DNA of 64,000 nt from Lingula anatina (lineage: Eukaryota; Animalia; Brachiopoda). Under the pieces are notes generated by a model. It had not been told where the DNA came from, did not search any database, and was given only the letters and a program-made list of their open reading frames with translations. The position numbers and the translations under genes were made by a program. The DNA lies in contig CM120640.1 of the NCBI GenBank assembly GCA_051362555.1, forward strand, positions 54,228,788 through 54,292,787. Reading direction: 5' to 3'. Within the stretch, counting starts at the first letter, position 1, and every line of letters begins with the position of its first letter. Positions 9,748 to 22,800 of this stretch are shown here, in pieces.

Positions 9748-12700
9748 TACAGACTTGACATTTAATATGGAATATTTTTTCAAAAACATTATTCATCAGT
9801 TTTTTTTCCTATTTTGCTGACTGATAAATGAAAATAAGGATTAAAATCGTGTTTTAATAACTTTTGATAATCTCTTCGATGTCATTGTGACATCAGTTCA
9901 TTAATTGAATATGTCAGTGAAGCAAACAAAAATACATTGCCTATTTTAAGTCAAACGACAACCATTGAAAGCGATATTTTGGATCTCCATATTTTCCTAA
10001 TTATTGTCTTTACAAGAGTTACACGCCCCACAAAGGCCCCCCATGTCAGTGTCTAGTCAAACAACAGTCGCTGTTACGCTTGACCTCATATCGCTGCTAC
10101 CAGAGCTTTCAAGCCGCAAGGCATTTCTTATGATAGGCTTTTTAGAGTTTAATCTGGAATAAAATTCCAGAATACGGTTAAAACTTGTCCAATTTGGCTC
10201 AGTTTTGATGTAGGACATGCAGGCCGTTGATTCGGCTAGTAATGACCTACACACATATTGTTTATGTGGTTCAAATATGGCGATTTTGATGACCAAGGTA
10301 GCTACTCATTCCCTTGGTTCTGTAAGTTATCTGCTATTAAATGTGCTCTGTGTGAACCGGCAACCTCACCTTGCAACCTAAAATTGTTCCTAAGGTGCCC
10401 CCTATCAAATAATAGTCAAGTGGTTCCCAGATTATTCCTTTATTTGATCTGGTTCAGGTTTTTATCGATGACTACCATTGGTGTTTTGGCACCAATGTGG
10501 TATCCACTCCAAATACTGACACTGTCAATGACCCTAGCCACTTAAGAAGAGGCACACGTTTCGTCGAAGGCCTCTTCAGAATGTCTGTAAACTCTGTTTT
10601 GACCAGTTTAGCGGTACAGGTAAAATCTGGCCTCAATAAAGAAGCCACGCGGTTTCAGTGTTTTATCCAGAAACTGTCATGTTCCAAAATTCATTAGAGA
10701 AACAGACTAGGCTGCTTTGCTGTTTACAGTGGTTTCCTCAGAGGTCGCCTGGAATCCTAACCTGCTGAAATCAGTTTGGTGTTCGCTAAGAGCCTTGAAA
10801 AACAAGTTTTGGTGACAATTTGTCCCTCATTCAAAACGGACTGGGAAGTTTTGGTTTAATCCATGGAACCGGAGAAGATTGATTGTGCCCGGAAGTGACG
10901 TGCAGTGGTGTTAGAAGCGAAGCTGAGTGGTCATTTTAACATAGAGGTGAACGGCAGTGAAGACGGGTTGTCGGAGGAAAAAGAAGTTTTCTAAACAACA
11001 TAGTAAGATAACTCTCTTTTTTTACGCATTTTGGGCAGACAATACTTGTAGAAATAATAGACGCATGATATGAAAACGTGACACGGAACTTGAAGGTGCA
11101 AAATCGTGCTTAATTTGCGGTCAACTTGTTTAGAAATAAATGCTGCGTCGACCGCCAGCGCGACAAAAAGCGTAAAGGGTAAATAATTCCCGGGAGTCTA
11201 TAAATCGTTGTCATGTGGAAATTTGGCATTAATATAATCCGATATGTCCATATCTAAGTATTTTTGGGTGTTTTATGGTATGGGCTGCAATTACAACGAT
11301 GTTTTAGAGGTCTTGAAGGACCTTGTGAAAACCAGGAAGTAGTTCGTAACTAACACGTGGAATGTACCGATCTCCGACTGCTGTGTACAGCTGTATCTTT
11401 TTTTTTTTCAATATATTGACGAATTTTTAGATCTTTATATGTCCATCTGGCATGAAATTCCACACACATGATCACACTGATATACCTTTTACACTGGGGA
11501 AGGCGCTAATCAGTGACAAATGCCTAGACAAAGGTGACACTCTGACAGCCTCTTATCTGAGTTAAAAATCACTGACAAAAGAGACTGGCAATCAATTTCC
11601 TCAGGCTGGCAATCATTAGCCTATAGAAATTGGTCATGTTACATCTTATCTACCTGTGAGAATCGTTTTACCAACTGAGTATTGCATAATAATGTCAATT
11701 ATTAGTACTTTGAGCTAGTCTTAATTACCTGTCAGCTCACCTGAATTCTCTTTCCGTCTTTTTGGGAAGATCTTGTCAGTGAAATGTTTTATTTGTCCTG
11801 TGAATGCCTTGAACTTTATTGTATATTTGTACCTTTTTTCTTTTATCATATTAGGACTCAAAGAAGTGCAGTAGTGCGGAAATATCTAGTGAAGTAAATG
11901 CCAGTCGCGTACTTGTGATTTTTAGCTCAGATAAGAGGCTGTCAGAATGTCACCTTTGTCTTGGCATTCGTCACTGATTTATGCCTACCCCAGTGTAAAA
12001 GGTGTATTAGTGTGCTCATGTGTGTAGCATTTCATGTCAGATGGACATATAAAGAACTAAAAATTCGTCAATATATTGAAAAAAAAGATACAGCTGCGCA
12101 CAGCAGTCGGAGATCGGTACATTTCACTTGTTAGTTACGAACTACTTCCTTGTTTTCACAAGGTCCTTCAAGACCTCTAAAACTTCGTTCTAATTGCAGC
12201 CCATACCATAAAACACCCAAAAAATACTTAGATATGGACATATCGGATTATATTAATGCCAAATTTCCACATGGCAACGATTTACAGCCTCCCGGGAATT
12301 ATTTTCCATTTACACTCTTTGTCGCAATGGCGGTCGATGCAGCATTCATTTTAAAACAAGTTGACCGCCAATTAAGCACGATTTTGCACCTTCAAGTTCC
12401 GTGTCACGTTTTCATATCATGCATTTATTATTTCTACAAGTTTTCTCTGCCCAAAATGCGTAAAGAAAAAGTGTTATCTTACCATGTTGTTTAGAAAACT
12501 TCTTTTTCCTCCGACAACCCGTCTTCACTGCCGTTCACCTCTATGTTAAAATGACCACTCAGCTTCGTTTCTAACACCACTGCACGTCACTTCCGGCACA
12601 ATTCTGACCAATGCTGATCTTCTCCGGTTCCCTTTATTGCAGCAGCATATCCTGAAGGACAGTGAGTCCTATACCCTGGTGGTAAGACGTCGATGCATTG

Positions 12701-13188
12701 GGCTTGGTCTCTGTGTAGTGCCTCAAACTGAGCATAACTCTATAAAACTGTGTAGACCGTTCCGTTTGACACAATAATCTGTCTGGCAATGTCTGTGTTT
12801 TTCGCGCCATTCTGGCACAGCTTAACAGTTTTCTAAAACGCTGCTTAACTCATTTTACGCACTGCAAAACCGACTGCTTGCATGCAAAATTTCAAATTCT
12901 TCTATGCAGTATTTGCCGACATATGGATACTTTACTGACAGAACCATCCTTCGCCAAAGCCAAGCTTTGACTAGCCCAAAGGAGCACTGCCCAATTAAAT
13001 TACTGCATATTACACAAGGCAGCAGTGCAACAGACTTGGTAGTCAGTTAATTGGCAGCGACACACCTGACTTAACACTTCTCCAGTCAGATGTCTTATCT
13101 GAAATCTGATTTAAAAAAAAAAAGAACGCATTTTTACCTAGGTATACCTTTAAAACTAAAATATTCCATATTAAATGTCAAGTCTGTA
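9748..13188. repeat. 31-bp perfect inverted repeat pair (9748..9778 and 13158..13188) enclosing 3.4 kb
   Basis: TACAGACTTGACATTTAATATGGAATATTTT versus its reverse complement AAAATATTCCATATTAAATGTCAAGTCTGTA. Confidence 0.8.
10865..12630. repeat. Large foldback: ~720-bp inverted arms (10865..~11590 and ~11899..12630) around a ~310-bp unique spacer
   Basis: Reverse-complement identity is high and continuous along the arms. Examples are CCGGAAGTGACGTGCAGTGGTGTTAGAA... vs ...TTCTAACACCACTGCACGTCACTTCCGG, and GACAAAGGTGACACTCTGACAGCCTCTTATCTGAG vs CTCAGATAAGAGGCTGTCAGAATGTCACCTTTGTC. Confidence 0.92.
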
Positions 13189-13396
13189 TGTAACGCATGT
13201 TCCCCAGAAAATTGTCAGACAGTTTCATCTTAGCAAAGTACTTGGTGCAGTAGGAAAACAGGGCTTTCTGTTGCTGGCTGAAAATTTATATTGTGGTTCC
13301 ATGATAGTTTGCCATTTCTGATACAATTTTTCGACCACAAATGAAAAAATAGTTTATTTTATGCTTATTTTACTGTCGGCAGGGTGCATTTCGCCC

Positions 13397-13431
<35 letters not shown>

Positions 13432-13546
13432 ATATTCAGTGACAAGCTCAAAAAGCAATTAACCGCTCTGTACGGAAGATTAACATAATTTTTATAACGT
13501 TATACTTGTAGAATATAAATCAAGGAACAAAACCGATTTAACTGGA

Positions 13547-13680
13547 GGGGCACAGTAATTAAATCTCGGCTCAATTCAACCGGTCGAGGGATGACGCGTG
13601 GGGAACCGTGTGAGAGGTGGAGAGACCATTACAGGATTAAGGGGTCTTCCCATCATGTTGGTCCGCCATATTTAGGTCGT
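13547..13680. mobile_element. Diverged half-copy of the MITE family at 29265..29566
   Basis: GGGGCACAGTAATTAAATCTCG...GTGTGAGAGGTGGAGAGACCATTA...TCCGCCATATTTAG aligns with 29402..29520. Confidence 0.7.
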
Positions 13681-13830
13681 GGCCTACCTAGCACTCGGCT
13701 ATTCTGAATGGCCTCCCATTCTGAAAGGCCCCATTGTGATTAATTAGGCGTTAAAAAAGCGTTGATAACTGTTCAAGTGTGGGAGATCTCTTTGAAAGCG
13801 ATATTCATCAAACCGTGTTTCTTCATTATA

Positions 13831-14049
13831 CCCCCTTTACACTGGACGGCGTCCTTTCAGCGTCCTTTCTGCGACCATGAAATTTGGCATCGCTGTGGTC
13901 TTAATAAGGAGGCACGAGCATTGATTTGGTATCAGAATGAATGCTCAATGATCGGCCAGTTGTCGGCACGTAAAGTATTATAATTCTTTAACTCTCAAAT
14001 GGGGCCGAACTGCTGGACGCAGAAGGGACGCCGTCCAGAGTAAAGGGGG
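13831..14049. mobile_element. MITE with ~35-bp TIRs (PIF/Harbinger-like)
   Basis: CCCCCTTTACACTGGACGGCGTCCTTTCAGCGTCC pairs with GGACGCAGAAGGGACGCCGTCCAGAGTAAAGGGGG, with TTA-containing flanks. The superfamily assignment is inference. Confidence 0.75.
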
Positions 14050-14208
14050 CTTTAGGCTCTCTCATCTGTTTTCAAATTGGTCCTTCTGCTGAATTTTAGT
14101 AATAAAGTAATAAAGTACTGTTTAATATAGCACGGTGCATTAAACAAGCTGATATAATTCGGCAGAAGACAGATATTTGAGAACGGGGCTAGGGTACTCT
14201 AACTGTAG

Positions 14209-14211
<3 letters not shown>

Positions 14212-14268
<57 letters not shown>
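14212..14268. repeat. (TA)n microsatellite
   Basis: About 28 uninterrupted TA units. Confidence 0.95.
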
Positions 14269-14271
<3 letters not shown>

Positions 14272-14681
14272 AAGTCCGGGCTCCCATATGATTAGAACTG
14301 GTTAGGGCATGGAGTTGGCCATGGAGTATTGGGGTTAGTATATAGGACGAATGTCACCTGCACAAAGTAACGGGAAGCGGACTACTGTACGGTTCCTAGC
14401 AGACTTCCATTCCTGTTACACCTGTATTACAGTTTTTACTCTCAAATCGCAGCTCGAACGAACTAATTCGCCCTGCTCAATGTGTTTTTGTTGCGACAGA
14501 AGTATTGCAGAATATGATCTTCGCAGTGGATAAGAAAATATCCTAACGAGCCGAACACAGTTGAGAGTTATACTTTCTCATTTCATTTAGACGAAGAATG
14601 AGAAAGGGCGTGAACAAAATGGCGCAGGAGAGTTTTCAAATGCCTTTTTACAAGGTGTTTTCTACAGTCAGAGTTTTCACC

Positions 14682-15490
14682 TGTAATTGAAAATGATTGA
14701 TCAACTACACCTTGCGATAATGCCTTGTATTATTTTCGTATAATACAAATTATGTGAATACCGTCAAAAAATCTTACCTCAATCAGTCAGTGATATGTGA
14801 TGAAACCGCCCATAACCATACTACGCCAAAGCCACAGGTACTAAACTGGCGATATTTCTCAAGAGTTAAAATGTACGTGACATATAATTATGCTTTCTTT
14901 GTTCCACTGTGTGAACGACAAGGGGGTGACCCTGTGTCAACGTCCCCTTTTGTCCTTCACAAAATTGGAGACGCTGACGCAAGCCCTGGGTCACCCATAT
15001 ATTTGACCCCACTCTCCTCCTAATCCTGCGAAAAGTCGAGTTGTATGTATAGAAAAACGCCTTACATTATTTAGGGGCCAGAGCCTTGAACTCTGAATAA
15101 AAATAAAACAAATGTTATTTTATATTGCTGGGAATCCGCGTGAGGTAGGTTTGAGTTAAACTATTTGCGCCCAGAATGTCTTCCAACAAGAAAGCAATGG
15201 CTTGATGACTTTTGACGTGACTTAAAGAACACGGTGAATTCATACTGTTGTAAAATAGACTGAAATTTAGAGAAAGCAATCAGCCTGGAGTATATCCTTG
15301 GATGAATCCTGTCATTTTGATTCACCGCCGACCATTATTTCTGACCCTACATACGCGTGGCTATTCTCCAAAATACAGTGAAATTTCGCTTGATTTTACA
15401 CAAAGTCAAGGAATTTACAACTGTATTTGGCCTATCGCGGTTGAGTCCCACCGTGTTGTAATGTAATTGAAAATGATTGATCAACTACAC
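14682..15490 (+). repeat. 29-bp perfect direct repeat pair (14682..14710, 15462..15490)
   Basis: TGTAATTGAAAATGATTGATCAACTACAC occurs twice, 780 bp apart, in CpG-rich repeat-like DNA. Confidence 0.8.
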
Positions 15491-15644
15491 AACGGAGCTG
15501 GGCCAAAACTAGTTTTAAAAATTCATGTTGATATAAGAATTCAAACTACCTTTTCATCAATATTTACTATAGCTGACAAATATTTGATTTGACGCTCATT
15601 CGTATGGGAAAAGTGTCGCAAAAACATAATGCAAAAATACACGC

Positions 15645-15960
15645 AAACAAGCAAAGCACTCAGAGAGCGCAAACCTCTGCCACGGCGGCTCAGTTCTCAT
15701 TATTATTAATTTTATTAATAAGTTAACAAATTACTTTTAATTACTCACCACTAAAATTTCATTCTTGTCCTATCCTGAAAATTTAATCAAAATTCGTCTA
15801 CGTTTTGCATCATGTTGCTATCAGACAAATACCTAACTAATAATTTACCGATTAATAACTGGATCACCTAAATTTTATCACTTTTAAGTTACCCAATTTC
15901 TGATCTATCCTGAAAATGTTAGCAAAATCTATTCATAACTTTATTTGGGATAGACTGCTA
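15645..15960 (+). mobile_element. Degenerate interspersed repeat (Helentron/HINE-like non-autonomous element); related copy on the minus strand at ~24590..24750
   Basis: It starts AAACAAGCAAAGCACTCAGAGAGCGCAAACCTCTGCCACGGCGGCTC and has two internal CCTATCCTGAAAAT..CAAAAT cores. The ~24.6-kb copy reads CAGACTTCTGCAAAGCGGCTC...CCTATCCTGAAAATGTAATCAAAAT in reverse. Confidence 0.5.
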
Positions 15961-18366
15961 CAGATAGTGTCTTCGCTTAGAAATGTACCTCAATGTTTCA
16001 TGCTTCTTTGTGCAGTTCAAGTGATACTGCCGGGCAAAAAAAGCCATTCTTTTCAAGTTTGTTGATAAGAATAGTGGAAACATTATTTAAATATCAATAT
16101 CATATCTTTATTTCTTAAAATTGTACCACCCTCATTTGCACTTATAAGTAGTAGCAGCAGTGCAGAAATTTATTTACCAAAACATTAAAACTTGTGCCTA
16201 TAAATAACAAGGTAATGATTATTTTTCTATTCAATTAGCATGCAATTGTATTACTGAGGCTAAACCACTAAACCAGCTACTAGGTTTTTCCTTAAATAAA
16301 TTGTCCATATCACAAAAGTTATTTTGCTGCATAAAAAAGGTCTGCCTTACTTATAAATCTGCACCCTTAACATGAAACTAATGCTTTGATTGGGGTGCTC
16401 ATTTCACCTTCATTTTATTCATACATTGTATTTAACCATCTTCTGATTCATACTGGAAAGAAATGCGATTCCTGTATTAGTTTTGAATTCTATTAACTAA
16501 TTAAATTTGTTATATACACTTATATGCTAATGTTTTCCAGTAAATCACTTCTAATCTTGAACATATGTAATGTTATCCTATTTCTTAATTTCTATACAAT
16601 GTTTATGGTGTAAATTAGGATTAAATGCATAGCCGATCTACAGCCATTTCATAACACAAAATTGTTGAGGCATTCCATACCATAAATAAAATAAACTATA
16701 GTTTCTTGAAAAAACTGTACCACATATGATCAAGGATGTAGACACTACCTTAATACAATCTATAACAGCCATCACAAAAATTGAGAGATTTTTATAATTC
16801 CCAAGCACTGAATGACTCTTTTTGAATGTCCATTGCACTGCCAAAGAAAAACGAAGTTTTCATTTATCATTTTCAAAATTGCATTCAAGGGCAATCAACC
16901 TTTGGCATGTCGACCTTTATTTCAAAAAGAATTTACTACTTGTATAAGCCAAGTTCACTACTGGGATGAACTACTGTAGACGAAGACAGTATGTGGGCTG
17001 TATGTGTAATTTTGTTGTCTGAAATTGTCACATTTCCATTCAAATTATCTGCAATATTGATCAAAAGGAATGTTAGGTCCTTTGAAAGTGATGAAATAAA
17101 TACCTCTGCAAAATGAGGTAGCACAGTCAACTTGTTCCCTTGCTCATAAAACTGAAACTGAAGCCACTGAGGCTCGTTTTGAATTTCACCAGTATCACAC
17201 TTTATTTCTTAAGTATAATGACAATCTTTCTACAATTTGTGCGACTACTTCATCTATATTTTACCGCAGCTCTTACTCATCAAAAAACTCTAGCTGCTCA
17301 TGCATTTTTCATTTATTGCTTACACTTGATGAATACATATCTTCTGGTCTTTTAAGAAAAAAGGTTTTATTTAAATACAAATATCATCAATTGTATGTAT
17401 TTTATGACCTTACATATTAAACAAAAGTGAAAATTACACGTAATTGAAAAAAACTTGAAACAAATATATCTATTTCTTCAGATATAACAAATCCAAACTA
17501 AAGGTACCAACCAGCTCATGATATATTAAGCAAATATCAGGAAGTAACAATATACTTGGCTTACATTATATGCTTTCAGATAATGACAATAAGAAAATGT
17601 TGCACAATGTTGAAAAATGCACAAAATAACCAAACATAAATTAATGTAACAGTTTGAAAATAATTTGAGACATAGGAGTTTCCTTCACTAGTTCTGCTTC
17701 ATTCAAGAAAGACTGATATGCCAGGATAAAATATGGTGCAAAGATCACAATGTCACAAATACTAAAAGCCAACTAGCTAAGGAATTTTATAATTGATTTC
17801 CTGTTGTAAATATTAGAATCTCCTATATATATTACATGATTAACTCCCCCAACTAAATGAGATTAATCCAGAGGCACTAGTTCAAACCATGAATCATCAT
17901 CTATTCAGGAGTAGAGAATAAAATTATTAACCCAAATTGTTTTCCTCTCTTTTGATATCAGACTTATTTCTCCAGGAAAAAACTACAGCTCTTGACTTAA
18001 ACAGTTATTCCTAGTTCTAGTTATAAACAAAAATTTTTCACAGCTCCAGCAGCATAAAACACTTTGAGGAAATTTTTGTCTGGTAAATCTTAATTTGGTT
18101 CAATGCACATAAAAGCCAACAACTGAAAGATAAAGAAGTAATTTGTGTAATAATATTGCCATAACATTTTGCCATTAATTATTTTTTGCACCTCGGCTAT
18201 CCTTCAACACATCATTCTTTTCCAGAATATCTCTCAAAATGCTGTTAGAACAATGTCCTTGACAACTTTCCAAGAACAGGAAAGCCTCAATAAAATTTAT
18301 AATCATTATCAGTAACCTAAATTATTGTGATAATTAACTACTGCCCTATTTCCATTCCGCATAGTC

Positions 18367-19522
18367 TTACTCAAGGTTTTCTCCCCTGGATTTTGAATTT
18401 CTGCCCTCTGAATCATCTGTATCCTCTAGCTCAGCAGCTGCCCCATTCTCACTAACACCTAGGCCATAGGCCACCATGCTTTCCTCAAAATACTTGCTCA
18501 GAGGTGTGCCAAGAATGTTCCTCCTGTTCAGGGGCCCAAGAGGCAAATAAGGGAATGAAGAGGTGAGGACATCTGCCTTAAGTTTATGTGGAACACCATG
18601 TATGTCCTGACTGAAGAACAAATCGCTCTTCGGTCGGCGCACTCTATCATTTGGAATGTCCTGTTGGGAACTTTCCAGAACTTTCACCCTGTGCTTTAAG
18701 TGCAGGATCTCTTCCACCAGGATACACTGTTGGAAATACTCTGATGGAGAACCACCACCTATGATCTGGACTGGAATCAACCAACGTAGAAAGCACTGTG
18801 ACCATAATTTAATCAAGGGGCCTTTGACTTGGGGTAGGAGGATGTCAAGGTCACTCTTACTGATTGTTTGTAGAGTATCATTATAGTCATCTACAATCAA
18901 ATATCCCAGGTTCCTGACCAGAGAAGAGTCTTTATTTACTTCTGTGCTGCTCTCTAATGCACTTGCCCCTTTTTCCTCAGCCAAAGACCGTTTAGAGTCT
19001 TCTAAGGAAGCAGATTCCCTTCTGTGTTTCACGACTTCATGCTCAGCAACATAAAGCGGGTTTTTGAACAGTGACTGTTCCTCATTTTTGAACTGCAATG
19101 ACCAGTCCCAGACTGACAAAAGCTGAGCTCCCTTTTTAGGACCATATGGTATTCCTTCCTTAGAGCACATCATTCTCTGGTGCTGGCTATTGAAAAGGAA
19201 AGTCTCAAACAGCCCAATGAATGTACTGTCCCATAAGGTTGTTAGGTAGGTCTCACTGAAAGCAAAAGCTGATGGGAACTGTTGCAGCATTTGCCAGACA
19301 CAATCTAGAAACATCAGGAAGACAGGCGACTGAAACACAAAGGAAAAAAAACCTGTTATAAGGACAATCTAAATTAAATCAACTATACAATCAAATTGCT
19401 ACAGTTGAACCTGTTGAATGAAATCAATTAAAAATTAAATGTTTATAAGTTGTAAAAATATAAAATAGTCGTTTTAATTTAGGTGATTCTTGGTCACAGG
19501 AACACATATGAATTTTACTTTT

Positions 19523-19566
<44 letters not shown>

Positions 19567-19847
19567 CAGCTTCACTGGAGAAGACCTACAGTATATTAAG
19601 TGTTTTCAATAATATCTTATAATATCTTATAATTCCTTACAACATCTTCTTCATTTTTCTTAATGTGTCCATGTCTGTCCAAGAAAGGGTGCCCCATGAC
19701 CACCCACTCCCTCTGTACAAGGTTCTGGAAGCCCCTCTGTGTGCGGAAGCATGGGTCCAACATCAACTGCACCAGGCTAGAGATGACACAGCATAAATCT
19801 TTGCTGTCAGACTCTGCAAATGCATATACAAGAACAATATCAAGTCA

Positions 19848-19899
<52 letters not shown>

Positions 19900-22800
19900 A
19901 ATCATAACTATTATTAATATAGTGGTTTAAATTTTTTTTTAAAATGAAGATAAAATTCTAACAATATGGTAATTTAAGCAAAGACAGCATTTTTATCACT
20001 TAGTCAAATAAGCATTATGACAATTTAAAGAATAAATTACTTAAACTTTTATGATCATGTTACAGAGGTTTGTTACAAGCATACCTTTCATGACCACAGA
20101 CACTGGTGTGTCACCAGCCATTTTAATGACAATTTCTACTGCAGTCTCCAGGCATCTGGTGACATTTTGTAGCCACCCAGTGTCACTGAGCCTGGCAAAC
20201 CAGTTTAAATCCTCCACCCAGAACTCTTTCAGGGACACTATGACAGACAAAAATACGTTTTATACACAATGGTGCTAACTGACATTGTAATAAGTTAATT
20301 CCTTTGCATGTTTTAATGATCTACTTTATAACAAAAAGAGCAAATTTCTGAATAAAACGCACTAGATGTTAAACTACTTATTTGAATGACAAAACTTCTC
20401 AAGGCATACCTGGCATACATATTTCTTTGAGTTTCATAAAGCTGTTGGCTATGTCCTTGACTGATGGACATTGCTTGTTCAAGTCAGCTATTTCAGCCTG
20501 ACGTTTATTTGGGTGGACAAGGCGAACAGCCTCCAACATGCTGAAATAAACAAATAAATAATTGAAATATTACAATAAATTTGGAATTTAGAGAGTGTAA
20601 ACACAGTTTACAAAGAAAATATAAGATCTAAAGGAATGTAACAAGACTCAAAGAAAGTAGTCTCATACTACTTTGAACATGAAGTTATGGCCAGAAAGCA
20701 ATGTCCAGAGGATGAGAAGCAGCACTACTTACTCCACTTCAAGTTCAGGGCCATTTCACATCATTTTTCTCTTCCTGAACATATTTCATCACTGATAAAA
20801 CCTTTTTTATTGATTACATGTTATTTCTCTTTTTTTCATAGAAAGAGAAACATCCAACATCATCTGATATTACAGAGCGAAAAAAGCGTGGAACGGCATG
20901 GCCAGAAAAAAAACACTACTTCTGTTTTCTGAACCTTAAAGCACCGTAACTTAGCACCTATACGACCCCTTATGTGGCTTAAATCATTCTGAGATGATGA
21001 TAGAGGTCCTATACTTTATATAAAACCTCTAAAACTGACCTTTAAAAGAATCAAGATTTAAATCCAGATCAAATTTGGGGATTCCACTGAATATTCAATA
21101 ATACAAAGACCTTCATACTTGTGAAATAAATGCACTTATTGGCCATGAAGCTGAATGGCCAAGAATGTGTAACAGTCAGGAATCTAACTGCATTAGCATT
21201 AGATACCTAGACTTTCTCAAAATGCATATAAAGCAAATAAGATCTAATACATGTAGCTTGCTGGTGAAATCTAATGCTAAAAGCTTTTTCAAGTAAATTG
21301 TATAATGAACATTGACAAATAATGGAGAGAACTAAATATCATTGATCTTTTTCACAGCTCTCCATCATTTAAATAAGCTTTTAAGGCCAATAAACATCTA
21401 AAAACTATCTAGCTATCAGCAAGAAATAGGATCAATTGATGTTCAGTAACAAAAACAACAAGAAGTAGAAAGTAGAGTAAGTCTGGTTTAAAAACAAAAA
21501 CTGTCTAAAGGAATAATGCATCATTTAGTGTTCAAAACAACACTTTACACCATATGGCCATGCTTTTAATGAAAAATAAAAACCCTCCCTAGCAAAATTA
21601 AGGCCAATAAGATGAGAATTGCAATAATGGGTTGTGTAATTTATCTCAGTGAGCACAAACCTGAATGAACATTGATTTTGAAAACAAAACCTCCTCCAAC
21701 ATTACCTCAAATGGCAGAAATATCACTCAGAGCTTTAGAGGGGGGGAAAAAAAAAAGAAAAGAAAAGAAAAAGAAAAGAAAAAAATTAAATATGAACTTA
21801 TTTGATAAATTCTTCTATTCCAAAAATAAGTTGTTGATAATTTTACACTAACAAAGCACTGGTGCCAAAAAAAAGACTACACATCTGTGCTATAGGTAAA
21901 AGCAATATTAGAAGTTTGCAATAGCCTGCCAACAACACTACCAGCAGAGGTGTCTGTAGCAGCAAGCTAGTCAGTAAACACAATAATAAAACACATTGGT
22001 CAATAAAACTAAAAAAATGTAACTCCTTTTAATGGAATATAAAAAGACTTTAAATGTTAGTCCTGAATTATACAAAGTTATATAAACAATTTTGAGTTTA
22101 AGAACCTTGCCAGAATAAAAAAATGCTTTTTAATTCAAGAGATATTAATGTGAGTCTAGGAAAAGGAATGAAAATGAAACCGAAAACATTTTGGTCAATA
22201 AGTACGAGTCCTGAGAAGCACCATTACAAAGGATGAAAATCTCTCATACCTTTCAATTTCACTAACAACAATAATCCCCCTAAAGTGACAAAATATGGAA
22301 TTTATGCTCATTGGCTTACATATCATTTTGAAAGTTTTAATGCAGCAATGACAATATATTTCTACTTCCTTCTGTTATACCTTTTACAATATAGAAAATT
22401 CTTTTCTTTTCATTTTCTGATTGTGAGGGATATAAAATATATTTGGGGTAATCATTTCAGATAAATCATGATCGATGTGGATAAATAAAATTTGGGATTT
22501 TGATGGGTTGAAATTTATGTATTATGAACTCACTTGTTTTCTGTCTGAGACAAAGCAGATTCTGAACGTAGGCAGGCCATCCTTACAAGTGCTGTTCCAT
22601 TTTTATAGCTATAACACCAGGCCTGTAATACAATGTATATGTTATTTGATTTCATATTTCCTTCAAAAACAGGTTGGTCTGAAATCTAGTTTTAACTTAT
22701 CCTAGTGTGAACTGATTTAAGATAGGCTGTACAAAGAACTTTCAAACTCTTAGTCTTATTTCTTTTGTAGATATTGGGTAAATTAACATGAACATTAAGT

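Noticed and set aside
12150-12494. 114-aa ORF as a gene in the foldback arm
   Set aside because: It has a non-ATG start and no recognisable domain, and it lies wholly within a repeat arm.
13055-13105. LINE reverse-transcriptase remnant (minus-strand DKTSDWRSVKSGVS resembling S.W..V.SGVPQGS)
   Set aside because: The match covers only ~12 residues, with no PQGS or YADD and a stop shortly after. It is too weak to call without a tBLASTn search.
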